DNA of 64,000 nucleotides from Promethearchaeota archaeon Loki_b32. Lineage in GTDB: Archaea > Asgardarchaeota > Lokiarchaeia > Sigyniarchaeales > SOKP01. Location: contig NJBH01000005.1 of assembly GCA_005223125.1 (NCBI GenBank), positions 64,001 through 128,000 of the forward strand, given 5' to 3'. Within the stretch, counting starts at the first letter, position 1, and every line of letters starts with the position of its first letter. Positions 28,719 through 37,964 of the stretch are shown here, one piece after another. A program made the position numbers and the translations under genes. The notes below the pieces were generated by a model that saw only the letters and a program-made list of their open reading frames with translations, was not told the origin of the DNA and searched no databases.

Positions 28719-29039
28719 AAATTTTCATTAGAAAAACCAAAATTTTTCACTAAAATTCCTTCGAAATCAGACTCTGAATTTACCTTTTGTATATAACAGC
28801 AAGAATTTTAAAAATTTCAATTAAAAATTTTATTTTATAAACCTCGAATCGAAGTAAATTATTAATATTTTTCTCTGCGTTCTTGGAAAAATTCTTCAAA
28901 CTCTCTAAATTGTCCGTTTCTAGTATTCATTCTATGTTTTTTAAGCACTACCAATAAGACTTTTTCAATAAATCTTGTAAGTAATATTTTTTTTGGCTTA
29001 ATTGAAGGTTATTATGTTTTCAAATAAGATTATAAAAGT

Positions 29040-29230
29040 GTTGTACACACTTTTTTCATACATCTCATGTTTGTATTTTTCATAGGTACAGTTCCAGAGG
29101 GTGTCCATTTATGTTTTTAGGCTTCAGTCGACCTTGAGCTGTGCGAAAGGGAAAAACTTAAATAGGATATCTCTCTGACTCTATTTTTGAAAAATACATA
29201 ACAAAGGGGTGGTAAAAAGTGAAAAGCAAC
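29040..29230 (+). ncRNA. Candidate long rod-like structured RNA / structured leader
   Basis: Nested helices 29048-55/29214-21, 29061-66/29206-11, 29068-71/29200-03, 29072-82/29188-98 (11 bp perfect), 29095-106/29165-77 and 29107-18/29152-63. Several G-U pairs work only on the + strand. TTATAAAA lies at 29030-29037. Confidence 0.6.
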
Positions 29231-29346
29231 GGAATCAAAACCAAGAAAACAATTCAAAACAACCATATTGGATATATATGATCTGCGAAAAATCATTAAG
29301 AAAATATATAGTATGAAAAATTATATTTCAAAAATAAAAAAGAAAT

Positions 29347-29367
29347 AACGAGACACGAAATCTCGTT
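29347..29367. repeat. Hairpin AACGAGA-cacgaaa-TCTCGTT (terminator or operator)
   Basis: Perfect 7-bp inverted repeat followed by T-rich sequence, 30 nt before the phosphatase ATG. Confidence 0.55.
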
Positions 29368-29396
29368 TGTATCTTTGTAACTTTTAAACGAAACTC

Positions 29397-29849
29397 ATGA
29401 AAAATAATTCTGAGCCTTTTACTTGGATTGTTAAAAATAAAATGGCTGCTTCTTGGTGGCCAGATGCATCAGAAATTGAGATTTACAAAAGAGAAAAGAT
29501 TAAAATTATAATTAATTGTTCTGAATTTGATAATCGGAAAGAACTTTCAAAGGATTTTGAATATTTTCATATAAATATACCCGATTTTGGAACACCAACA
29601 AAATCTCAATTAGATAAATTCTTGGAAATTACTAGTAAGTATGGAGCTAATGGAGATCCTATAGTAGTCCACTGTGTAGCAGGTTGTGGAAGAACTGGTA
29701 TAATGATTGTTGTATGGGCTGCGTATAATGGATATATTCCAAAAGGGCTGGATCCAGTAAAATGGATTCGAAAACTTAGACCATGTTGCTTAGAAACAAA
29801 AGAACAAATGGATTTGGCACGCCAAATAGCTAGAAAGTATCAAAAATAA
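29397..29849 (+). CDS. Dual-specificity (Cys-based) protein phosphatase
   Basis: IPDFGTP acid loop and HCVAGCGRTG (CX5R) active site. Confidence 0.93.
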   Translation: MKNNSEPFTWIVKNKMAASWWPDASEIEIYKREKIKIIINCSEFDNRKELSKDFEYFHINIPDFGTPTKSQLDKFLEITSKYGANGDPIVVHCVAGCGRTGIMIVVWAAYNGYIPKGLDPVKWIRKLRPCCLETKEQMDLARQIARKYQK

Positions 29850-30026
29850 CGATAATGTAAAGTATTTAAGATTGAAATATATTTTATTATTAGGAATATG
29901 ATTTTTTGATTGTAAAATTACTTTGAAGTGTGGATGCTTATGCAAAAAATTGACTATATTTATATGATTACAGATAATATCTTGGTATATCAAATTAGTT
30001 TACCCGCGGAACTTAGAGGAAATCAA

Positions 30027-31103
30027 ATGCAACAGCATCTAGATAAATATGATGAGAAATTTCTTAAAATTATTGCTGGTTTTGATAAGAATTTCTTAGA
30101 GCATTTCCTTATTATATCAAAGGGGAGAAATCCAGAAGAATTTACTGATATTCTTAAGAAAATGGAAAAGATATCTTTTATGATTGGTCCTACAGGGAAC
30201 TTAAATTATCTTACAACTAATCAAATACAGTATATCCTCACTAAATTAGGATCTCTAAATTTAAATGAAATTAAAGAAAAGATAATTAGCAAAATTGCAG
30301 ATGAACAGATTGAAAAGGAATTTGGAACATCACATAGTGCTACATCGGCTTTAGAACGACAACTCTCAAGTGCCGCATTTTATTTACAATCAATTGGATA
30401 TTCGAATCAAGAGATACAAGAAAAGTTTAATGAAGTAAGACAAGATCCTTCAAAATTGGATACCTTATTTACCTTACAATCTAAAGAAATTTATAGTATA
30501 CCTGCAGAAATCCAACCAAGAAGCACTCCACCCTCAAGATCTCAACAAAACTCAACTGCTCAATCTACCTCTATTGAGAGTGGTCCAGAAACTCAAAATG
30601 CGATTGAGCAACATGTCCGTTCAATTGAACATGAAATAACTGGAGAAAGAGCAAAGAAAGTACACGAAATTATGGAACTGATAAAAGCTCACGTTCGAGA
30701 AATCATGGATGATAGTTATGAGAGAGTCTTTAGGCAAATACATCCCGATAGGCTTAATAAAGCTTATAAAATGTTAAAAAATACAAAGAGAAAATCAAAA
30801 AGAATGAAACTTTATATGGAATGGTTTTTCTGCTCAGCTCTCTTATCTAAAATTGAACTAAAAGTAGAACATTGGCAAGTATCATCCCAAGCAGGTCATG
30901 GACAGACAGGAGTATACACTGCTGGGATCAGTTTTTCTCGATATGACAATATTATAAGAGATTTCCCAGATCCTAAATTGACTAAAGTCATAAATATAGA
31001 AAGAAGGATTCTCCAAAACCCAACTAAAACAGCGATTCAAAAGCTAGCAACAGATTTGGTAGCCGAAACAGGTTTTGACGAGCACCTTTATTTTACAGAT
31101 TGA
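30027..31103 (+). CDS. Hypothetical helical protein with central S/T/Q/P-rich linker
   Basis: Long ORF. ATG 30027 follows GAGGA; the track start 29928 is probably too early. No recognisable family. Confidence 0.75.
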   Translation: MQQHLDKYDEKFLKIIAGFDKNFLEHFLIISKGRNPEEFTDILKKMEKISFMIGPTGNLNYLTTNQIQYILTKLGSLNLNEIKEKIISKIADEQIEKEFGTSHSATSALERQLSSAAFYLQSIGYSNQEIQEKFNEVRQDPSKLDTLFTLQSKEIYSIPAEIQPRSTPPSRSQQNSTAQSTSIESGPETQNAIEQHVRSIEHEITGERAKKVHEIMELIKAHVREIMDDSYERVFRQIHPDRLNKAYKMLKNTKRKSKRMKLYMEWFFCSALLSKIELKVEHWQVSSQAGHGQTGVYTAGISFSRYDNIIRDFPDPKLTKVINIERRILQNPTKTAIQKLATDLVAETGFDEHLYFTD

Positions 31104-31196
31104 AATCTATATTTTATGACAAATAAAGCCTATTTTTAATTATGCTAACTTAATTAATTAGATTTCAAATTTTCATAACAGATGAGATGAGCGAAA

Positions 31197-32005
31197 ATTC
31201 CTGATTTTATGTATGATGATGTTGAATTATATTATATAAAGGAAGGAGAAGGTCAACCACTTGTATTAATTAGTGGATTAGGAAGTAAAATGAGTTGGAT
31301 TTTCCAAATTCCATTTTTCAAGGAAAAAATGATGGTGATAGCGCCACATAATCGTGGAGTTGGAAAGAGCTCACGACCTAATTATCTCTATACAATGGGT
31401 ATGTATTTAAGAGATATTAAAGAATTATTTGAACATTTAAACTTAAGAGAAAAAATTCACCTATGCGGACTTAGTATGGGGGGATAATTGCTCAAAATTA
31501 CGTTCTAAAATACCCTGATACCGTCAAAACATTGATATTATGTGCGACAACCTCTTACCATCCTGAAACTTCCGTGAAAGCGATTATTGAATCACAACAA
31601 CTTATGGAAAATTTCAACTTAGAACAAAAGTTAAGAGTAAGAATTGGTGTTCTATATTCAAGACCATTCCAGAAGAAATTAAGATCTGATAAAGAGTTGT
31701 ATCAAAAAATCAGACATAACTTTATTGAGGACCCTACAAGGTTACAAGATTGGATAAATCAATGTGCTGGAATAAAAAATCATGATACAAGAGATTCATT
31801 GCATAAAATTCAGCAACCAACATTAATTTTGGCAGGTGATGAGGATAAAATTATGGTTGGATTGGAACATTCAGAATTAATGCATGAGAAAATTCCCAAT
31901 TCAAAACTTGAAATTATTAAAAATGTCGGTCATAGATTTGTAGATGAAGAGCCAGAAAAAGTAAATAATCTAATCTGGGATTTCATTAAAGAAAATATGG
32001 GATAA
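31197..32005 (+). pseudogene. Alpha/beta hydrolase split by a 1-nt frameshift in a G6 run
   Basis: ORFs 31209-31487 and 31532-32005 join as GLSMGG-IIAQNYVLKYPDTVKTLILCA if one G is added to the run at 31478-31483. This may instead be a sequencing error. Confidence 0.75.
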
Positions 32006-32014
32006 AGAAGTATA

Positions 32015-33622
32015 TTAATTATTTTTCTTAAATACTGACTTACCTCTAATGATAGTTTCAACTATTTGAATATCCTTAATCTTATCTTTTAGAACTTCAA
32101 GGGGATTTTGATCTAAGATTACAAAATCTGCTAATTTTCCCGCTTCTATACTACCTTTAATTTTTTCTTCAAATGCTCCATAGGCTGCATTTAACGTATA
32201 AGTTTTTATTGCTTCTTCCATTGGAATGCATTGCTCTGGAATAAATCCATTTCTATTAACTAATGCATGAAGTCCTAGTATTGGATTTGGGTCTTCAATT
32301 GGAGCGTCACTTCCTGAAATCAGTACTACGCCTGCATCGATTATTGATTTCATTGGATACGTATATTTGCATCTTTCTTTTCCCAATCTCTTTTCGAGCC
32401 ATTTATATTCTGAATTTATGAAAGGTGGTTGACATGATGCTATAATTCCATACTTATTCATATCTTCTATAACATCATCAGTTAACATTGAAGCATGCTC
32501 AATTCTATGTCGATGATCATCTCTAGGAAATTCTTTTAGGAGGCGTTTATATAAATCTACACAGATCCTGTTTCCTTTATCCCCGATTACATGAATAGAT
32601 ATTTGAAATCTATTGTTATGAGCTACCTTCATTTTCTCATAGATATTATCTTCTTCAACAACACAAAAACCGCACATATCTGGAGCATCAGAAAAAGGTT
32701 CCCACATACAAGCAGTCTTCGCTCCAAAAGTTCCATCAAGAAATAATTTCAGGCTTCCAACTTTGAATTTACTATCTTCTGAGCCCCCATCTAAAGGTGG
32801 CTTTTTAATTTTACTCAATTTCTTTGGATTATCTGTAGAAATAAGGCCATACCAGCTCTGAAGAATTTTCTCTTGAACAGATTTAAAAATTAGTGTTTCA
32901 ACAAGCCCCAAATCTCCGCCTTCACCGCTTCTACCAAGTTGTATAATTCCATGAAGAGAAGTTATACCTTTTTTAGCTAAAAGTTTAAATGCTTTATCGG
33001 CAGTTTCTTGTATAACATCAGGTTCGGGGATAAGATATTTAGTTATTTTTGAATAAATTAAATCTAAAGCATTTTCAGTTATAACTCCTGTTAATTCCCC
33101 CTCCACATCCTTTTTTATTTCTCCACCTTCAGGTACTTTAGTCTCGAAATTAAACTCGAACAAATCGAGAGCTTTTGAGTTTGCTATGCCAATATGAGAA
33201 TCATATCTTAACATAAATAATGGATTTTCTGGACATGCCTCATCCAGATCCCATCGTGTAGGTAATACAGGGACATCAAATTCCTCTTCTTTTAAGCTCA
33301 GTCCAAAGATAAATTCTCCTTTCCTTTTTTCTTTAGCAGTATTTTTTAATACTTCCTGAAGTTCTTTTAAACTTTTAACAGAAGAAAGATCAAGATTTAT
33401 TAAAAACAACATAAACGTAACTGGATGTATATGACAATCAATAAATCCAGGAAGTAGTGAATTCCCTTCTAGATCAATCAATTTCACATCTTTCCCCATT
33501 TTTTTTTTTACTTCTTCAAGACTACCCGTAGCAACAATTTTATCTCCTTCAATACCCACAGCATCAACAAAAGGTTGATTATCATTCATGGTAATAATCA
33601 GTCCACCATAAAAAATAATCAT
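32015..33622 (-). CDS. Amidohydrolase (YtcJ-like, amidohydro_3)
   Basis: LPGFIDCHIH, KLFLDG, HVIGD, RIEHAS, GSDAP and GKLADFVILD. Confidence 0.92.
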   Translation of the reverse strand: MIIFYGGLIITMNDNQPFVDAVGIEGDKIVATGSLEEVKKKMGKDVKLIDLEGNSLLPGFIDCHIHPVTFMLFLINLDLSSVKSLKELQEVLKNTAKEKRKGEFIFGLSLKEEEFDVPVLPTRWDLDEACPENPLFMLRYDSHIGIANSKALDLFEFNFETKVPEGGEIKKDVEGELTGVITENALDLIYSKITKYLIPEPDVIQETADKAFKLLAKKGITSLHGIIQLGRSGEGGDLGLVETLIFKSVQEKILQSWYGLISTDNPKKLSKIKKPPLDGGSEDSKFKVGSLKLFLDGTFGAKTACMWEPFSDAPDMCGFCVVEEDNIYEKMKVAHNNRFQISIHVIGDKGNRICVDLYKRLLKEFPRDDHRHRIEHASMLTDDVIEDMNKYGIIASCQPPFINSEYKWLEKRLGKERCKYTYPMKSIIDAGVVLISGSDAPIEDPNPILGLHALVNRNGFIPEQCIPMEEAIKTYTLNAAYGAFEEKIKGSIEAGKLADFVILDQNPLEVLKDKIKDIQIVETIIRGKSVFKKNN

Positions 33623-33689
33623 TTTTTATTAACTCCTATTATTATAAACAGATTATGAATTCTTAAAGAAAAATATTAATAAAATTTTA

Positions 33690-34268
33690 TTATTTTCTCT
33701 TAAGTTTTAATTCTATGGATTTAAAATTTGCCAACTTAGTAAGATTATCTTTTAGGACTTTAGATTTAGCCTTTAAGTCTTTTGCATCGATTTTTTCCTC
33801 TTTAATTTGTCGTTTACTTTCTTTTAAACCCTTTTCTAAATCATCTATTGGAAGTAAAGCTGTTGCAATACAAAAAAAACTCTTTGACCTACCTTCATTA
33901 AATTCTTCCAACATAAGTTCAAGCAGTTCAATTCTTCTTTTCTGTTGAGTTAGGAATTGTTCAATGCCTTCTTCCTTTATTATTTCCAAATTTGAAAGCG
34001 ATACTTTATGAGAGATAAAGGAATCATATTTATCCCATTTATTTATTTTTGAGCATGGAAATTCACTACACTCTGCACACGTCTCAAAATTACTTTTTTT
34101 TACGCAACATGTAATTATTGAACATGAAGGATGCTTATTAATAAAGTTAGGGCCACAACAACCAGGGCATTTTGAAGGTCCTTTAGTATAATACATTGGA
34201 CATAACCCACAATCTAATCCACAGCAAGCAACTGTAGGATATTTTTTAATTGGATATTCTGTAGTCAT
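33690..34268 (-). CDS. Cys-rich DUF3795-type protein
   Basis: CCGLDCGLC...CPGC...C...CC...CAECSEFPC. Confidence 0.8.
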   Translation of the reverse strand: MTTEYPIKKYPTVACCGLDCGLCPMYYTKGPSKCPGCCGPNFINKHPSCSIITCCVKKSNFETCAECSEFPCSKINKWDKYDSFISHKVSLSNLEIIKEEGIEQFLTQQKRRIELLELMLEEFNEGRSKSFFCIATALLPIDDLEKGLKESKRQIKEEKIDAKDLKAKSKVLKDNLTKLANFKSIELKLKRK

Positions 34269-34402
34269 TATTGGAACCTTCTAATAATTGAATTTAATAC
34301 TTATTACTTACATTTTAAGAAATAAAAAGATTATAAGAAAAATATTAAAAATATGAAATAATTTTAGGATTAATCAATAGGGAAAAATGTGAAATTTAGA
34401 AA

Positions 34403-36745
34403 ATGAAACCCTCACTTTTGAAAAAATTAAATTTAATAATTGAAGAAGCTAATGCTTTTAAAAATAAAAACAATTTTCAAAAAGCGATTAAAAAGTTCCA
34501 AGAAGCGATAACTTTTATTAATGAAAAAGTTAAAGAAGAAGAAGATAAAAATACAGAAATTATTAATATCAAAAATGCGATTAATCAAACTTACTCTGTT
34601 CAAGTTGATAACGTAGTTCAAGGAGCAATACGTTTAACAGCACAAAAAAAATTTGATAAAGCAAAAGAGGAATTTCAAAATGCCTTAAAAGTTGTTGATG
34701 ATATTGATGATCCTGATCTTCAAGAAGCTGAACTTGATGAAATTAATAAGTTAATTAAGGAAAATGAAATAGAACAATTAATGACAAAAGGATTTGAGTT
34801 GAAAATTGAAAATAAATCTGATGAAGCTGTAGAATTCTTCAAACAAGCGTTAAGTATTGCAGAGGTTGTTTATGTATCAGATTTCAGAAATGAAGGATTA
34901 GCAAGAATTAAAATTGAAATTACTCAAATTTATGATTCTAAGATTGATGATATTGTTGAACAAGGCAAAAAATTTAAACATGAGGGTCAAAATGATGATG
35001 CTATCAAAACTTTTAGAGAAGCTTTACAAACAATCGAAAAATACTTCGATCTTGATGCCAAGAAAACTCAAATAACTACAATTAAAAATTCTACAAATGA
35101 AATTTATTCTAATCGCATTAAACCGCTAGTTAATGAGGGAAAAGATTTATTAAAAAAAGATTTAATTGAACAAGCCATTTCTGAGTTCAATAATGCGGTT
35201 TCTTTAGCAAATAATATGTATGCTTCTGATCTCAAAAATCTTGAGATAAGTCTTATTGCTGAAGCGTTAAACCCTATTTATATAGAACGCATTAAACCAA
35301 TAATAGAAAAAGGAAGAAAAGTTACGTCTCAAGAAAAATTTGAAGAATCAATTAACTTAATTAATGAAGCAGTTGATATTTTCCATCAAGCTCTTGATAT
35401 AGCTAATTCTATGGTAGCTTCGGAAAGAAAAGAAATTGAAATTAAAGAAGTTAGTGAATTGATTAATGGTGCATGTAGCTCTGGTATTGATGTAATTAAA
35501 GATAATTCAATTCAGTATATCGTCCAAAAAAAATACGTTGACGCTGTAAGTGATTTATACATTGCTTTAAGTTTGGCAAAAAGAATGGCTTTTCCTGAAG
35601 AAGAGAACCCTGAACTAGATAATCTTAAGAAACTCGTTAACAAGGTCTATACAGCCGAAGTCACAGAAGTTGTAAATAAAGGAAAGAAATTGGACGAACA
35701 AAAAGATTATGAAAATGCAATTGAAACCTATAATAAAGCATTAACCATGACAAACAAAATGTATTTAACAGATGAAATGGAGAAGGAGGTCGGAATGATT
35801 AAAAGTTTAATCTACGAAACTGAAGTAAAACTATTGGTTGGCGTGGGAGGATTAGCAGAAGAACAAAAATTAAAAGAAAAAGAAATTGAGAAACTAAAGA
35901 AACGATTAGATTATGCTCAATCAATTGACGATCCAGAACGGAGAGCAGCAGAAATGACTAAGATTAAACTCCTAATCGATGATGTTCATTCTGAAGAAAT
36001 AAAATTGCTGATTGAGAAGGGTAACCAACTTGCAGATACAAAAAATTACGATGATGCCTTTAAATTTTATGAAAGAGCGTTAAAAGTCACTGAAATGATG
36101 GAATCACCAGATGTAAAAAATAAAGATTTAATAAAAACCTCCTATAAAAGAGAACTCATTAATCGAGCAAAGATAGAAATTGAGAATAAAGAATATGATA
36201 AAGCTATAAAAAACTGCCGAAGAGCGTTAGATCTTGATGATATATTTGTTGAGGCATATTATCACATTGGACTTGCTTTTAATTATAAGAGGAAATATGA
36301 TAGTGCAATTGAAAACTTTCAAAAAGCTGTTAATTTTGATAAAAAACATGTTAACTCTTGGAATTCTCTGGGATTAGCATTTGAAGCAAAAGAAGAGTAT
36401 GATAATGCCCTTAAGAATTTAAATAAATCAATAGAAATTGAGCCTAATTTTTCTGATGGCTGGTTTAACATTGGAAATGTGTACAAACTAAAAGAAGAAT
36501 ATGATATGGCTATTGAAAATTACACTAAAGCAACTGAAGTAGACCCCGAATTCGCAAAAGCATGGTTCTTCATGGGTTGTGCTTATTTTGATAAGAAAGA
36601 TTATAATAGTGCAATCCAATATATTGAAAACGCAATTAAAATTGATCCAAACTTAGGTCGAGATGTCAATCCAATTATTAAAGATTTAATGGTTAATCTA
36701 GATAAACTCAAAGAAACCCTTTCGTTGTCCTTTATAAATAAGTAA
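34403..36745 (+). CDS. Large alpha-helical repeat / TPR protein
   Basis: Canonical C-terminal TPRs (AYYHIGLAF, SWNSLGLAF, WFNIGNVY, AWFFMGCAY). The N-terminal part has longer helical repeats. Confidence 0.88.
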   Translation: MKPSLLKKLNLIIEEANAFKNKNNFQKAIKKFQEAITFINEKVKEEEDKNTEIINIKNAINQTYSVQVDNVVQGAIRLTAQKKFDKAKEEFQNALKVVDDIDDPDLQEAELDEINKLIKENEIEQLMTKGFELKIENKSDEAVEFFKQALSIAEVVYVSDFRNEGLARIKIEITQIYDSKIDDIVEQGKKFKHEGQNDDAIKTFREALQTIEKYFDLDAKKTQITTIKNSTNEIYSNRIKPLVNEGKDLLKKDLIEQAISEFNNAVSLANNMYASDLKNLEISLIAEALNPIYIERIKPIIEKGRKVTSQEKFEESINLINEAVDIFHQALDIANSMVASERKEIEIKEVSELINGACSSGIDVIKDNSIQYIVQKKYVDAVSDLYIALSLAKRMAFPEEENPELDNLKKLVNKVYTAEVTEVVNKGKKLDEQKDYENAIETYNKALTMTNKMYLTDEMEKEVGMIKSLIYETEVKLLVGVGGLAEEQKLKEKEIEKLKKRLDYAQSIDDPERRAAEMTKIKLLIDDVHSEEIKLLIEKGNQLADTKNYDDAFKFYERALKVTEMMESPDVKNKDLIKTSYKRELINRAKIEIENKEYDKAIKNCRRALDLDDIFVEAYYHIGLAFNYKRKYDSAIENFQKAVNFDKKHVNSWNSLGLAFEAKEEYDNALKNLNKSIEIEPNFSDGWFNIGNVYKLKEEYDMAIENYTKATEVDPEFAKAWFFMGCAYFDKKDYNSAIQYIENAIKIDPNLGRDVNPIIKDLMVNLDKLKETLSLSFINK

Positions 36746-36777
36746 TATATCATTAATTTTTAAAGAGATTAATATAG

Positions 36778-37806
36778 ATGAGAAATGCAAAAAGCAATGA
36801 TTGTTATAAATTAATTATTTTAGCTTTCATATTTACTGTGGTTTTATTATTTTTATCACTTGAAATCCCAATAATTTTAAACACTTATTTAGAGCCAATT
36901 TTTCCTGATATACATCCTGTTATAGAAGCGGATAAAGTTACAGATTTTATTAATTTTATGAGACCAATAGGCTATATTTGTCTTTTTGCTATTCTAGTTT
37001 TGATAATTATTGGATTCTTGATAAACAAAAAAAAGATAACAACAACAAGTTCATTTCTATTATTTCTTCCTACATTTGGTCAATTTATACAAGCAATGCT
37101 CTTTTTGGCAGGAATTGGAATCCTTCAAGTAATCTGGCTTCCTTTATGGTATCCAAAATTAAATTTTCTTGATTTAGGATATATTATTAATATTCCCTTC
37201 TTGTTTACAGATATTATGTGTTTATTAATATTTCCAAATCATCCCTTTTACCTCATAATAAAATATTTGATTGTGTTTGTAGGTCTCTTTATATTTATGT
37301 ATAGTATCCTCATTTGGTTCCATGAGAAACGTAGAGAAAAAGAAGTTTTTAATGTGTCAATTTATAAATACTCAAGACATCCTCAATATCTTGGATTCCT
37401 TATTTGGAGCTATGGAATGCATTCTTTGGCAAATTACCCCTTAAAAGCGCTACCAATGGGAGCTCTTTGGATAGATTATAGTTTACCTTGGCTTTTATCC
37501 GCTTTAATAATAATTAGCGTTGCTTTAATCGAAGAAATTGATATGAAAAAAAAATATTCAGAGAACTACATAAATTACCAAAAAGAGACACCATTCTTGT
37601 TTCCTCTTCCTAAGACTATTAAATCTATACTGATGTTCCCTTTAAGAAAAGTATTTAAAAAGAATTTCCCGGAAAATAAAAAAGAAGTTCTTTTTATTGT
37701 TTCATTCTATGGAGGGATTCTTGTTTTGATCTCTTTTATAACTCTAGCCGTTAATTTAGATGATTTGATCATTCAATTGATGATTGACATAATTTATAAG
37801 TTCTAA
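36778..37806 (+). CDS. Membrane protein with ICMT/PEMT-like methyltransferase domain
   Basis: Multiple TM helices, IYKYSRHPQYLG and EE...Y..Y...TPF motif. Confidence 0.78.
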   Translation: MRNAKSNDCYKLIILAFIFTVVLLFLSLEIPIILNTYLEPIFPDIHPVIEADKVTDFINFMRPIGYICLFAILVLIIIGFLINKKKITTTSSFLLFLPTFGQFIQAMLFLAGIGILQVIWLPLWYPKLNFLDLGYIINIPFLFTDIMCLLIFPNHPFYLIIKYLIVFVGLFIFMYSILIWFHEKRREKEVFNVSIYKYSRHPQYLGFLIWSYGMHSLANYPLKALPMGALWIDYSLPWLLSALIIISVALIEEIDMKKKYSENYINYQKETPFLFPLPKTIKSILMFPLRKVFKKNFPENKKEVLFIVSFYGGILVLISFITLAVNLDDLIIQLMIDIIYKF

Positions 37807-37964
37807 ATATATCTCTTTAATTTTTATGAGTTAGTATGTTTCGACTCCTCCTCCTCATATTTCAAAATTTTGAAATTACAAAAATGTAATAATGATAATA
37901 ACATATTTCTCTTTACAGCTTTAGTTACAATTTAATTGGTATATACGAAATCTTAGGATTATAA

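Noticed and set aside
28862-29010. Short minus-strand frame ending MNTRNGQFREFEEFFQERREKY
   Set aside because: It is too short and has no clear SD or motif, so it cannot be distinguished from chance.
37860-37875. 16-bp palindrome TTTCAAAATTTTGAAA
   Set aside because: It is almost entirely A/T and expected by chance in this composition, with no second copy noticed.
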